A stretch of 64,000 bases of DNA, taken from Clostridia bacterium (GTDB lineage: Bacteria; Bacillota; Clostridia; TANB77; CAG-508). Of this stretch, positions 1-10,047 are shown piece after piece; positions within the stretch are counted from its first letter, which is position 1, and every line of letters begins with the position of its first letter. Both the position numbers and the translations under genes were made by a program. The stretch is taken from assembly GCA_017524665.1 (NCBI GenBank), contig JAFXVF010000015.1:135628-199627 (forward strand). Reading direction: 5' to 3'. The notes below the pieces were generated by a model. That model saw only the letters and a list, made by a program, of their open reading frames with translations. It was not told where the DNA came from and did no database searches.

Positions 1-527
1 TCTATAGATATTTTATTTAAATCTGTGTATTTTTCATGTCTTTCGGCTACATCAGAATTATTTTCCATAAATCCATTAATAATTAAATAATTCTTTTCAT
101 TGTCCTTCTCAATTGTGTTTTCGAGTGTTTTTGTGTTTTTAATTAAGTCCTGAAGAGTAATCATTTCTTCTGCTATTCCAATGTAAGAATTATTCATTTT
201 GCATTTTTCATAAATGATTATAATGCTGTTTTCAATGCTTCTATAGTAATTCTGTATTGTTTCAAGATTTTTATAAGCTGCATCTGTACTTTGCAAAGCA
301 AGCTCAGAATTACTTACTGTTTCTCTAGCATGTTTAGGGCCATTTTCATTATTTGTTCTACTTTGTATAATTTTTTCGACAATTTTATCTTCACTTGCTT
401 CTAATTGTTTTTTCTTGTTTTCTACATTATTTTTCTTTACTTGTATATTATTTAAAAAATCTATATCTTCGCTAGATAAATATTTTTCTAGTTGTAAATT
501 GCCAAGATTAATTGATTCTGTTTCCAT
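1..527 (-). CDS. hypothetical protein, 5' start in window (ATG at 527), continues past window edge
   Basis: Open frame on the minus strand from ATG 527 (MET ESINLGNLQLEKY...). An RBS GGAGGAAAAAT lies immediately upstream (plus 528-540). The frame stays open to position 1. Coiled-coil-like composition; no recognisable family. Confidence 0.4.
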   Translation of the reverse strand, partial: METESINLGNLQLEKYLSSEDIDFLNNIQVKKNNVENKKKQLEASEDKIVEKIIQSRTNNENGPKHARETVSNSELALQSTDAAYKNLETIQNYYRSIENSIIIIYEKCKMNNSYIGIAEEMITLQDLIKNTKTLENTIEKDNEKNYLIINGFMENNSDVAERHEKYTDLNKISI

Positions 528-766
528 ATTTTTCCTCCGTATTTTTGTAATTCAATGATGTGTATATGTTTTAAATATAATATATCGATAATTACATTAC
601 CATTTATTTACTATTATTTCAATATTTTTCACAAAAACTTAATATTTGTAAAGAAAAAATAATATTCTTGTAATATTTTTGCAGTTTTTGTAATATTAAA
701 TTCAAACAAAAAGAAGCCTATAAGTGTATTTGCTAATTTAAACACACTTATAGGCTTCTTTATAAA

Positions 767-2308
767 TTATTCTTGTTTGTATTTTTCATCAATTTTATAT
801 TTCTTTTCTGCATGTTCTGCTAGTTGCTCCATGTATTTCTTTTTACCCGGTACTCCAGAAACTCTTTTATTGTTAGCACCTCTCATTGTAGAATTAGATA
901 GTCCATGCTCTTTCTTTACAAACTGATCATATTCTCTTAAGTTGCTCATAGTTCTCTTCGTTTCTTTCTCATATGTATGACGTGCATTTTTGTTTCTGTA
1001 TTTTCCATATATAACCATGTAATAAATTATACCTGCAAGTAAGAATATTGCTGGCCACCATTGATTGTCATCATCTTTCTTTACAATGTTTAGATATGAT
1101 AAAACAGTTGCTATAAGTCCTAAAAACTCAACTATTACAGATACCAAAATTAGCTTTGGCTGGTGAATTGGCACGCTTCCCATAGTTTCTTTTGTTCTTG
1201 CATTAACAGCAACATAGTGAAGTAAGTTTTTGTTTCCTTTCTTCTCTAAATAACTATATAGCCATACTGGTAAATATGCAGATCTCCATTGTTGGCCTTT
1301 AATATCAAATTCTTCTTTATCCCATCTTACACCACGGTCATAATGTTTTAAAGTATCATTTGCTGCAAATCTTGCAACATCTTGGCATTGGTCTGCAACC
1401 ATTCCCTTTAATTGGCTAACATTAGTATCTCTTTTTTCTGATGTATAGCCTTTAATATAGTTTGAATCCCACTTTACGCAATTTTCTGTATCAAATGGCA
1501 TAATTGAGTTAATAATATTATTTGTTTTATCTTTAGCATTTGTATCTAATTTATCAGAACTTGATTCAACTGTTAACCCTTCAATTGCAATATCAAATTC
1601 TCTTTCTACATCATAAAGATCGGCATCATAACGTGTTTCTGTACGGTCTCCACGTTTTACAGTATATCTTCTCGTTTCATGTTCGCCTTGTCCCTTCATA
1701 TTTGCATGGCCATTTGCATCAACTATCATATATGGTAAGTAAACGCCCATAACGTTATCTGCATTAAATTCTTTTCTAAATTGTGGATGAGCAAAGAATT
1801 TTCTCTTTCCAACAAATTTTTCAATAGAATCTTTAGCTTCATTTTTTGGAATTTTAAATGGCAAAACAGTATCTGGTACAGCTCCATTTGGAATTTGCTG
1901 ATTTACAGATAGTGTATTTCTACACCAGTGGCATCTTGCTTGTGTTGAGTTTGCAGTATCAACTACAACTTCAGCACCGCAACTGCTACATTTGAATGTT
2001 ACCATGTCGTTTGTGTCAGCTATAATCTCTTGTGCACCTGAACCAATGATTTCTCCTTCAAGTTTGCTTATATCTGTATCCATAGTGTCAAATCTTTCTG
2101 GTTCAAATTCATGTCTACAGAAATTGCATCTTAATTTTCCGTTTTTTACATTAAGTGAAATGTCTGTTGCTCCACATTTAGGACATTTAGTTTGCCCATC
2201 TTTTGCCCCAGATTCAGTATTTACAACAGTAGGGCCTTCGTTTACAACGTTAGCCCCACTGTTTGTTTCTTCCTGATTTAGAGCTTCATTTTCTAAATCA
2301 TTTTCCAT
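767..2308 (-). CDS. double zinc-ribbon membrane protein (two CxxC...CxxC ribbons, C-terminal TM helices); YdjG/YdjH-like partner of the adjacent SPFH protein
   Basis: 513-aa ORF. It carries CPKCGA...CNFC and CSSCGA...CHWC zinc-ribbon motifs. The C-terminus holds two hydrophobic helices (LILVSVIVEFLGLIATVLSYL; WWPAIFLLAGIIYYMVIYG). The stop abuts the upstream SPFH gene (2308/2312), which implies an operon. Confidence 0.55.
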   Translation of the reverse strand: MENDLENEALNQEETNSGANVVNEGPTVVNTESGAKDGQTKCPKCGATDISLNVKNGKLRCNFCRHEFEPERFDTMDTDISKLEGEIIGSGAQEIIADTNDMVTFKCSSCGAEVVVDTANSTQARCHWCRNTLSVNQQIPNGAVPDTVLPFKIPKNEAKDSIEKFVGKRKFFAHPQFRKEFNADNVMGVYLPYMIVDANGHANMKGQGEHETRRYTVKRGDRTETRYDADLYDVEREFDIAIEGLTVESSSDKLDTNAKDKTNNIINSIMPFDTENCVKWDSNYIKGYTSEKRDTNVSQLKGMVADQCQDVARFAANDTLKHYDRGVRWDKEEFDIKGQQWRSAYLPVWLYSYLEKKGNKNLLHYVAVNARTKETMGSVPIHQPKLILVSVIVEFLGLIATVLSYLNIVKKDDDNQWWPAIFLLAGIIYYMVIYGKYRNKNARHTYEKETKRTMSNLREYDQFVKKEHGLSNSTMRGANNKRVSGVPGKKKYMEQLAEHAEKKYKIDEKYKQE

Positions 2309-2311
2309 ATT

Positions 2312-3535
2312 TTACACTCCTAAAATTTTTCTTTTAGCTTCGTCAAATTCTTCTTGAGAAATTACACCATCATCTAATAATTTTTTCATTTTTGCTAATT
2401 TTTCATATGGATCTTCTGCTTGAGCTGCCGGTTGTACTGGTTGTGCTGGCTGAGCAGCTGCTGGTTGTTGTACTGGTTGTTGGAATGCTCCCATTGTTGC
2501 ACCTACGCTATTAATTCCCATTCCCATAAATCCAAGTCCTGTTCCTCCACCATTTTCTCCTGCTGCTTGGAATCCACGTGCAACTGATTGTTGCATAAAT
2601 GAATTTCCTCTTGCTCCTGATAAAGCATCTGCTTTCTTAACGTCGCTAAGAAGCTTCTTAGAATCTTCGTCATATTCTATAGCTGTTATAGCAACTTTTA
2701 CTATTTCTAATCCTCTATCAGATTTCCATTGATATCCTTGTTCTACAGCATATGATAAGCTTTGTGCAAATCCTATTTGATCTCCTTGTATTTTTGTTAT
2801 ACGATTTCCCTTGCTTGGATCGTTTGTATAATTAGAAAATGCTGCTGAAAGGCTTCCAACTACTTCATTGAATAATTGCTCTCCTGCAACGTTATCCATA
2901 TCTGCAAAATCAAATGGTCCAGATTCTGGTCTTAAGTATTCTACTGGTACGAAATTCTTTACAAATAAAATTGGATCAACAATTTTTAATGTATATGTTC
3001 CTCTTGTTACAGCTCCAACTTGTGCATTCATGTATGCATCATCCCAGTAAATTTCAGATTGTGTTCCAAATCTGTTTCCTGGTATTTCCTTTAAATTTAC
3101 ATATATTGCTGTTTGCTCTGTTGCTGGTATTCCACCAAATTTAAATCTTTCCCATGATGCTTTAAGTGAACTCATTATTCCATTTCCAGCTAAGAATGAC
3201 TGAGAATTTGGATCTGTTGAAGAATAAATAAATCCTCCTGGCTCTGTAATACATCCTGTTATAGCTCCATCTTGCATTGTAATTAAAGCTGTTCCTTCTG
3301 GTACAACTATTTTGCTTCCGTTTGAAATAACATTCTCAGATCCTTTTACGTTTGCTCCTCTTCCAGCATCAGTACTATTTTTAACTGCTTTATATATAGC
3401 AGCAGTTGCTGGTACATTTGTTTCTGGAGTCATAAACTCCTTCCATTCATCTGCTAGTGTTCCGCCTAGCGCTCCTGTAAATGCTTTAATAAATCCCATG
3501 TTAGTTTCCTCCTCTAATATTATATTTGCTTGCAT
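2312..3535 (-). CDS. SPFH/band-7-like protein (COG4260 'virion core protein'-like, YdjI-like) with C-terminal SHOCT domain
   Basis: 407 aa. The N-terminal MGFIKAFTGALGG... and overall layout resemble COG4260 SPFH-like proteins. The Q/P/A-rich linker is followed by a ...EDPYEKLAKMKKLLDDGVISQEEFDEAKRKILGV tail typical of SHOCT. Confidence 0.55.
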   Translation of the reverse strand: MQANIILEEETNMGFIKAFTGALGGTLADEWKEFMTPETNVPATAAIYKAVKNSTDAGRGANVKGSENVISNGSKIVVPEGTALITMQDGAITGCITEPGGFIYSSTDPNSQSFLAGNGIMSSLKASWERFKFGGIPATEQTAIYVNLKEIPGNRFGTQSEIYWDDAYMNAQVGAVTRGTYTLKIVDPILFVKNFVPVEYLRPESGPFDFADMDNVAGEQLFNEVVGSLSAAFSNYTNDPSKGNRITKIQGDQIGFAQSLSYAVEQGYQWKSDRGLEIVKVAITAIEYDEDSKKLLSDVKKADALSGARGNSFMQQSVARGFQAAGENGGGTGLGFMGMGINSVGATMGAFQQPVQQPAAAQPAQPVQPAAQAEDPYEKLAKMKKLLDDGVISQEEFDEAKRKILGV

Positions 3536-3587
3536 TATATAATATTATATATTTTTTTACAATATTTTTTTAACATTTTATAAAAAA

Positions 3588-3620
3588 GAAACGTTTGGGA
3601 CGATTCCAAACGTTTCAAAA
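3588..3620. terminator. bidirectional intrinsic terminator hairpin (gaaacgtttggg-acgatt-ccaaacgtttc)
   Basis: 11-12 bp perfect stem with A/T-rich flanks. The same palindrome recurs at 10048-10078. Confidence 0.6.
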
Positions 3621-3724
3621 GTTTTTACTTTTTCGTTACATTCTATTCTTTTATATAGCCACGCAGTAAATACTTTACTAAAAAAACACTTATCTTTCGA
3701 TAAGTGTTTTTTATATTCTTTATT

Positions 3725-4228
3725 TTAACGTTCTTCATCGCCTCTTACTGGCCTTTTTTGTCGTTGTTGTAACCTTAGCCATGCTTGTGTCTCTTCTGTC
3801 GTTGGGTCTCCCATAGTAGCTGCATAATCAATCACATTCGTAACACCAAATGGTGCTCCTAACAGTATTTCTGAAGCATATGTAATGTCTGGATATGTTC
3901 GTTCGTAAAGAGCATCATTTTCTTCTATAGTTTCTAGTTGTTCATAAGTATAATATTTTGAAAGTTGGCTTTGCATATATACTGCCATGGCTCCAGCAGT
4001 ATACCCTTTACTCCATAAGAGCTCTTGATCTATTATTCTTTTAAATAAAGCCATTACTCTAGGATCTTTTAATTCTTCCATGTGATCCATTACTACACTA
4101 GTCGCAGTACATGCATACTGTTTCCATTCTTTTGGTTCTCTATGGTCTAATAATATTTGTAAATCCGCACCATCTATTCCAAGTTTTAGTGCTTCTAAAA
4201 CATCAGTCATTTCAGGATCATATTTCAT
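3725..4228 (-). CDS. hypothetical protein (167 aa)
   Basis: Clean ORF with an RBS-like GGAGGA upstream (plus 4232-4240). No family recognised. Confidence 0.5.
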   Translation of the reverse strand: MKYDPEMTDVLEALKLGIDGADLQILLDHREPKEWKQYACTATSVVMDHMEELKDPRVMALFKRIIDQELLWSKGYTAGAMAVYMQSQLSKYYTYEQLETIEENDALYERTYPDITYASEILLGAPFGVTNVIDYAATMGDPTTEETQAWLRLQQRQKRPVRGDEER

Positions 4229-4390
4229 AATAAATCCTCCTCTAATATATATTTAATATGAAACACGTTATTATTATACTACAAATGCCATTTTATGTCA
4301 AATTCAATATGTCTTGTGTTTTTATTTGAGCAATAAAAAGTACTATCATAAGTATAAAACCAATGATAGTACTTTATTATTTATCTTTTA

Positions 4391-7168
4391 CTATTTTATT
4401 ACCTCTACGCATCTATGGCAAAGTGTTGGGTGGTCATGGTCATGTCCTACTGTTTCGTCATATCTCCAACATCTTTCACATTTTTCTCCAGATGCTACTT
4501 CTACTTTTACTCCGTATTTTTCGCCTTCATCTGCTCTAGAATTTTCCTCTATTACAACTTGTGAAACTATAAATACGTCTTGTAGTTCTTTTTCTACATC
4601 TTTTAAGAAGTCTAAATTTGCTCCTTCTGCATATAGTGTAACTTTTGCATTTAAAGAATGTCCTATTAGCTTTTCATTTCTTGCCATTTCAAGCTTTTTA
4701 GCAACTAATTCCTTTAAGTCTTCAATCTTATCCCATTTCTCTGCAAGTTCTTTGTTTTCATACTTGCTATTTGGTTCTGGGAAATATCCTAGCATTGGGC
4801 TTTGAGCCTTTTCATCAGATTTATGTGGCATAAACTTCCATATTTCTTCTGCAGTGAATACAGTCATTGGAGTTAGCATTTTCACTAAGTCTGATAGTAT
4901 GATAAACATTGTTGTTTGAGCTGCTCTTCTTTCAACTGAATCTGGTTTTGAAGTATAAAGTCTATCTTTTATAATATCTAGGTAAAAATTACTCATGTCA
5001 TTTACACAGAATTTATTTATTTCATGATATGCAATATGGAATTCATAAGTATCATAACTTTGAGTTACAACTTTTATTAATTCATTTAGCTTATATAATG
5101 CATATTTGTCTATGTCCATCAATTTTTCATATGGTACACATTCATCTGGGTTGAAGTCTGAGATGTTTCCAAGTATATATCTTGCTGTATTTCTTATTTT
5201 TCTATATACTTCAGTAATTTGTTTTAGTATGTCTTTAGATAAGCTTATTTCTGACTTGTAGTCTGAAGATAATACCCATAATCTTAATATGTCTGCTCCA
5301 TATTCCTTTATTACGTCTTGAGGGCTTATTACATTTCCTTCAGATTTTGACATCTTCTTGCCCTTTTCGTCTACTATAAATCCATGTGTTAATATTTCTT
5401 TATATGGTGCTACTCCTTTTGTTGCAACGCTTGTAAGTAGTGAAGATTGAAACCATCCACGATATTGGTCATTTCCCTCTAAGTACATATTGGCTGGTGG
5501 TAAACCACGTTCAGCTAAAACTGCTTCATGAGTTGATCCTGAATCGAACCAAACATCCATTATATCATTTTCTTTCTTAAAGTGTTTGCATCCACATTCT
5601 TTACATACAGCACCTTTTGGCATTAATTCTTCTTCTGGTAATTCATACCATACTGTAGAACCTTTTTCTCTAAATATGTCTTTTATTTTCTTTATTGATT
5701 CTGGAGTTATATATTCTTTTCCGCAGTCTTCACAATAGAATATTGGAATTGGAACACCCCAAGTACGTTGTCTTGAGATACACCAATCTGCTCTTTCTTT
5801 TACCATGCTAGAGATTCTTTCTTCTCCCCATGCAGGATACCATTTAACTGTTTTTATTGCTTCTAGAGCTTCATCTCTAAATCCTTCTACTGAAGCAAAC
5901 CATTGGTTTGTAGCACGGAATATTATAGGCTTTTTGCATCTCCAGCAATGTGGATATTGGTGAACCATGCTTTCTTTATGGAATAGATATTTATTGTCTT
6001 CAAGCCATTTTATAATTGCTTCATTTGAATCAGCATAGAACATGTTTTCAAAAGGTCCTGCACCTTCTCTTTGATATCCTTTTCCATCAACTGTTACAAT
6101 TATATCTAATCCATTTTTTAATCCGCAAAGGTAGTCTTCTTTACCATAGCTTGGTGCTGTGTGAACTGCACCTGTACCAGTATCTAGTTCAACTAAGATT
6201 GTATCATCGCTTCCTAATACAACTTTTGAAGTTCTATCAAGGAATGGATGCTTGCAAAGTGTGTTTTCAAGGTCACTTCCTTTGAATGTTTGCACAACTT
6301 TATATGAATCAATTCCTCCAACTTTCATTACTTCTTCAACAAGTTGAGCTGCTAACAAATAGCTTTCGTCTTTTGTTTCAACTAAGCTATAATCATAATC
6401 TCCACCAATTGTTATACCTGTGTTTCCTGGTAATGTCCATGGAGTTGTTGTCCATATTAAGAAATATGTTTTCTTTGTAGTATTTAGCTTAACACTAGGT
6501 TCTGTTACTTCAAATTTTACATATATTGAAGTTGTTTTATCTTCTTGGTATTCTATCTCTGCTTCTGCTAAAGCTGTTTCACAGTCTGTACACCAGTGAA
6601 CTGGTTTTAATCCTTTATATATGTATCCTTTTTCATACATTGTTCCAAATATACCTATTTGTCTTGCTTCAAATTCAGGTTGTAATGTAATATATGGATG
6701 TTCCCAATCTCCTAATACACCAAGTCTTTTGAATCCTTCTGTTTGCTTATCAACAAATGATAATGCAAAGTCACGGCATGTGTTTCTAAATTTGCTTACA
6801 GATACTTCATCACGATTTATTCCAAGTACTTGTATTGCTCTTCTTTCTGTTGGAAGGCCATGTGTATCATATCCTGGTATATATGGTGTGTAATATCCTT
6901 TTAAGTTTTTGTATCTTACTACTGTGTCTTTTAATATTTTATTTAATGCATGTCCTATATGGATTTCTCCATTTGCATATGGAGGGCCATCATGTAACAC
7001 ATAAGGTTCTTTTCCTTCATTCTTTTTTAGTGCTTTTTCGTAGAGCTTTCCTTCTTCGAAAACGGTTTCTAAAACTTTTGGTTCGTTTTCAGGTAAGCTT
7101 GCTCTCATTGGGAAGTCTGTTTTTGGTAAATTAAGCGTTTTACCATAATCTTTCTTTTCTTCTTCCAT
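4391..7168 (-). CDS. ileS: isoleucine--tRNA ligase
   Basis: 925 aa. HIGH motif (HIGHALNKILKD), KMSKS, N-terminal LPKTDFPMRASLPENEP, and C-terminal Zn-binding CxxC...CxxC, all typical of IleRS. Confidence 0.95.
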   Translation of the reverse strand: MEEEKKDYGKTLNLPKTDFPMRASLPENEPKVLETVFEEGKLYEKALKKNEGKEPYVLHDGPPYANGEIHIGHALNKILKDTVVRYKNLKGYYTPYIPGYDTHGLPTERRAIQVLGINRDEVSVSKFRNTCRDFALSFVDKQTEGFKRLGVLGDWEHPYITLQPEFEARQIGIFGTMYEKGYIYKGLKPVHWCTDCETALAEAEIEYQEDKTTSIYVKFEVTEPSVKLNTTKKTYFLIWTTTPWTLPGNTGITIGGDYDYSLVETKDESYLLAAQLVEEVMKVGGIDSYKVVQTFKGSDLENTLCKHPFLDRTSKVVLGSDDTILVELDTGTGAVHTAPSYGKEDYLCGLKNGLDIIVTVDGKGYQREGAGPFENMFYADSNEAIIKWLEDNKYLFHKESMVHQYPHCWRCKKPIIFRATNQWFASVEGFRDEALEAIKTVKWYPAWGEERISSMVKERADWCISRQRTWGVPIPIFYCEDCGKEYITPESIKKIKDIFREKGSTVWYELPEEELMPKGAVCKECGCKHFKKENDIMDVWFDSGSTHEAVLAERGLPPANMYLEGNDQYRGWFQSSLLTSVATKGVAPYKEILTHGFIVDEKGKKMSKSEGNVISPQDVIKEYGADILRLWVLSSDYKSEISLSKDILKQITEVYRKIRNTARYILGNISDFNPDECVPYEKLMDIDKYALYKLNELIKVVTQSYDTYEFHIAYHEINKFCVNDMSNFYLDIIKDRLYTSKPDSVERRAAQTTMFIILSDLVKMLTPMTVFTAEEIWKFMPHKSDEKAQSPMLGYFPEPNSKYENKELAEKWDKIEDLKELVAKKLEMARNEKLIGHSLNAKVTLYAEGANLDFLKDVEKELQDVFIVSQVVIEENSRADEGEKYGVKVEVASGEKCERCWRYDETVGHDHDHPTLCHRCVEVIK

Positions 7169-7194
7169 TTAAATCATTCCTTTCTCTTTTTTTC

Positions 7195-7401
7195 ATGTGT
7201 TCTAAAATAATAAATCTATATCTTACCACTGTTACCGCTCCCGGGAGAGTCTATTTTTTAAATACTCCCCTCTTCCCACTGGCGCTGTAGCAGTACTTCG
7301 TACTTAACAGCGCTCAGCGGTCCCCCCGAGCGGGTCGCCTTAAAAAATAGAAGCTCTCCCTCGCGCTAGTAACTACTTAAATTTATTATTTTAGAACACA
7401 T
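7195..7401. repeat. GC-rich palindromic insert (core 7216-7380) bounded by perfect 21-bp AT-rich inverted repeats (7195-7215 / 7381-7401), located in the ileS 5' leader
   Basis: The inverted repeat atgtgttctaaaataataaat / atttattattttagaacacat is perfect. The 165-nt core is about 55% GC in a 28% GC background. The core holds nested dyads: gctcccgggagagtctattttttaa vs ttaaaaaatagaagctctccctcgc; gcgctgt...acagcgc; agtac-ttc-gtact. Confidence 0.6.
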
Positions 7402-7640
7402 ACAAAAAATCCATTCCATCCTATAACTTAGGACGAAATGGATTAATAATTCCGCGGTACCACCTAATTTAGAAAAGCCTTATTGCTTTTCTCTCTTAAT
7501 TTATCTTTAACGCAAGATTTCAGCGACTTGTCCTACTATTAGTTCAAACAAGCAACTCCTAGGTGATGGCAAATTGTTTTATTCTACCGAACTTTCACCT
7601 TACATCGGCTCTCTAAAGACATATTTTCAATTTGTCGTAT
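7400..7640 (-). promoter_or_regulatory. T-box riboswitch leader of ileS
   Basis: The minus strand reads AATTAGGTGGTACCGCGG (plus 7453-7470), matching the T-box consensus AAUUAGGGUGGUACCGCG. Downstream on that strand is a terminator hairpin TCCATTTCGTCCTA/TAGGATGGAATGGA followed by TTTTTTG (plus about 7402-7445). An upstream AGAGAG (GA-motif-like) element and a candidate ATC specifier are also present. Confidence 0.8.
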
Positions 7641-7741
7641 CCTATTCAAAGTTTTTTAATTGTGTAGAATTATATCATGCAAATCTTAATAATGCAATAT
7701 CTTTATAAAAATTTGTTGTCTTTTTGTGTGAAATGTTTTCT

Positions 7742-8698
7742 TTACAAATATGATTTTAATAATTCCATATTTCCACATAATGTGTACTCTCCAAGTTTAG
7801 CAGGGATTATGAAGCTATCTCCTAGTTTTAAGTTGTATTCCTTATCTTGTACCTTTATTTTTCCTTCCCCTTTAACTACATTCATTGCATAGAAAGAATC
7901 TTTATTTGAGCAATCATTGAATTCCACACATACTGTTATTTTGTCTGTTTTAAAATATTGTGAAGAAATCATGTTGTGTTCGCCCTCTTGCCAGTTATTA
8001 GTTTCTTTAATTTCCGGCTTACTTCCTACATTTGCAACATCTATTGCTTTTTGTACGTGTAATTCTCTTGGCTTTCCATCTTTACCAACTCTTCCCCAGT
8101 CATATACTCTATATGTTAAGTCACTGTTTTGCTGCACTTCGCAAATTAATGTATCTCCCATAATTGCATGTACAGTTCCTGATGGTATGTAAATACAATC
8201 TCCCTGGTTAACCTGTACAAAGTTTAAATATTCTGCTACATTTGGGCTATTTAATACTTGTGGCAAGTCCTCTTTTCTTACACTTTCTTTTATTCCACAA
8301 ATTATTTGTGCGCCTTCTTTGCATTCCATAATGTACCACATTTCTGTTTTGCCCTTTTCGCCATTTTCATGTTCATATGCGTATTTATCATCTGGATGTA
8401 CTTGCACTGATAAATTGCTATTTGCATCAATAAATTTTACTAATAAAGGAAATTTATCTAATTCGCTTGTTTTCGTTCCAAAAATTGCTTCTCTTAGTTC
8501 ATGGTTTTCAAATAGTTCTCCTAAAGTTTTTCCTTTATTCTCACCGTTTGCTATAACACTTTGTCCATTTTTATTGGTTGAAATTTCCCAGCTTTCAGCA
8601 GTAATATCATAAGGTGAATTTTTTCCAAATAGAGTTTTTAATTTATTACCACCCCAGATATAATCTTTAAAAGCTGGTTCTAAAAAAATTGGTTCCAT
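7742..8698 (-). CDS. manA: mannose-6-phosphate isomerase, class I (cupin)
   Basis: 318 aa. N-terminal MEPIFLEPAFKDYIWGG motif and a size and layout typical of firmicute type I phosphomannose isomerase. Confidence 0.75.
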   Translation of the reverse strand: MEPIFLEPAFKDYIWGGNKLKTLFGKNSPYDITAESWEISTNKNGQSVIANGENKGKTLGELFENHELREAIFGTKTSELDKFPLLVKFIDANSNLSVQVHPDDKYAYEHENGEKGKTEMWYIMECKEGAQIICGIKESVRKEDLPQVLNSPNVAEYLNFVQVNQGDCIYIPSGTVHAIMGDTLICEVQQNSDLTYRVYDWGRVGKDGKPRELHVQKAIDVANVGSKPEIKETNNWQEGEHNMISSQYFKTDKITVCVEFNDCSNKDSFYAMNVVKGEGKIKVQDKEYNLKLGDSFIIPAKLGEYTLCGNMELLKSYL

Positions 8699-8822
8699 AT
8701 TTTTTGCCTCCTTAATTTTACTTATTATACCAATACATTTTTATTATTTCAATTGTTTTTGTTGCCTTTTGTTAGTGTATGTGCTAGAATATTAGCTACT
8801 AGAATAATAAGGAGTGAATATT

Positions 8823-10040
8823 ATGTCTAACGTTTTTGATATATTAGAAGAACGTGGTTATGTTGAACAACTAACCGACGAAAAAGAAGTACGTGCTATG
8901 TTTGATAAAGGAAGCATTCCATTTTATATTGGTTTTGACCCAACTGCAGATAGTCTTCATGTTGGTCACTTTGTTTCTATGATGGTTGCATCTCATATGC
9001 AAAAGTGCGGACACAAACCAATTATATTAATTGGTGGTGGTACTGCAAGTATTGGAGATCCATCAGGAAAAACTGATATGAGAAAAATGATGACACGTGA
9101 AGTAATTGACCATAACGTTGCATGTTTTAAAGTTCAACTTTCAAAGTTTTTAGATTTTGAAGGTGATAATGCTGCAATTATAGTAAACAACGCAGATTGG
9201 CTTTGCAATTTAAACTATATTGATTTTATGAGAGATATTGGAAGTAAATTCTCAGTTAATAGAATGCTTGCTGCTGAATGCTATAAATCAAGACTAGATA
9301 CTGGTTTAACTTTCTTAGAAATGGGATACATGTTACTACAATCATACGACTTTTTATATTTATATGACCATTATGGATGCAAGCTTGAAATGGGTGGAAA
9401 TGATCAATGGTCTAATATAATTGGCGGAGTTGAATTAGTTAGAAAAATAGGTCACTCAGATGCTTATGGTTTAACTTTCCGTCTTCTTACTACAAAAGAA
9501 GGTAAAAAGATGGGTAAAACTGAAAAAGGTGCATTATGGCTTGACCCAGAAAAAACATCTCCTTATGAATTTTATCAATACTGGAGAAATATTGATGATG
9601 CAGACGTACGTACAGTATTAAGCCTACTTACATTCTTACCAATGGATGAAGTTAATCGTTTGTCTAATTTAAAAGATGAGCAAATAAATGAAGCTAAAAA
9701 AGTTGCTGCGTTTGAAATAACAAAATTAATTCACGGTGAAGTTGAAGCAAGAAAAGCTGAAGAAGCTGCTTCTGCTCTATTTGGTGGAAATGGTGGAAGT
9801 ATAGAAAATATGCCTTGTGAAAAAGTTGATTCTACTTCTATTTCAATTGTAGATGCTGTTGTTACTGCAAAACTTGCTCCTTCAAAAGGACAAGCAAAAA
9901 CATTGATATCTCAAGGTGCTGTAACATTAAATGACGAAAAAATATCTGATATAGGATATATGTTATCTGATAAAGACTTTAGCGAAGGATACGCTATTTT
10001 AAGAAAAGGAAAGAAAAATTATTGTAAATTAGAAAAATAA
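8823..10040 (+). CDS. tyrS: tyrosine--tRNA ligase
   Basis: HIGH-class motif (HVGH), KMGKT (KMSKS), and a C-terminal S4-like domain. The RBS AAGGAG lies 8 nt upstream of ATG 8823; the ORF track begins at an upstream GTG at 8814. Confidence 0.93.
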   Translation: MSNVFDILEERGYVEQLTDEKEVRAMFDKGSIPFYIGFDPTADSLHVGHFVSMMVASHMQKCGHKPIILIGGGTASIGDPSGKTDMRKMMTREVIDHNVACFKVQLSKFLDFEGDNAAIIVNNADWLCNLNYIDFMRDIGSKFSVNRMLAAECYKSRLDTGLTFLEMGYMLLQSYDFLYLYDHYGCKLEMGGNDQWSNIIGGVELVRKIGHSDAYGLTFRLLTTKEGKKMGKTEKGALWLDPEKTSPYEFYQYWRNIDDADVRTVLSLLTFLPMDEVNRLSNLKDEQINEAKKVAAFEITKLIHGEVEARKAEEAASALFGGNGGSIENMPCEKVDSTSISIVDAVVTAKLAPSKGQAKTLISQGAVTLNDEKISDIGYMLSDKDFSEGYAILRKGKKNYCKLEK

Positions 10041-10047
10041 AAAAGTG

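Noticed and set aside
7195-7401. Interpreting the GC-rich insert as a small protein-coding gene
   Set aside because: No ORF of meaningful length with an RBS exists on either strand. The sequence is dominated by nested dyad symmetry, which indicates RNA/DNA structure rather than coding.
8700-8822. T-box leader upstream of tyrS
   Set aside because: The intergenic region is only about 120 nt and contains no T-box consensus or terminator/antiterminator pair, only a promoter-like TAGAAT and the RBS.
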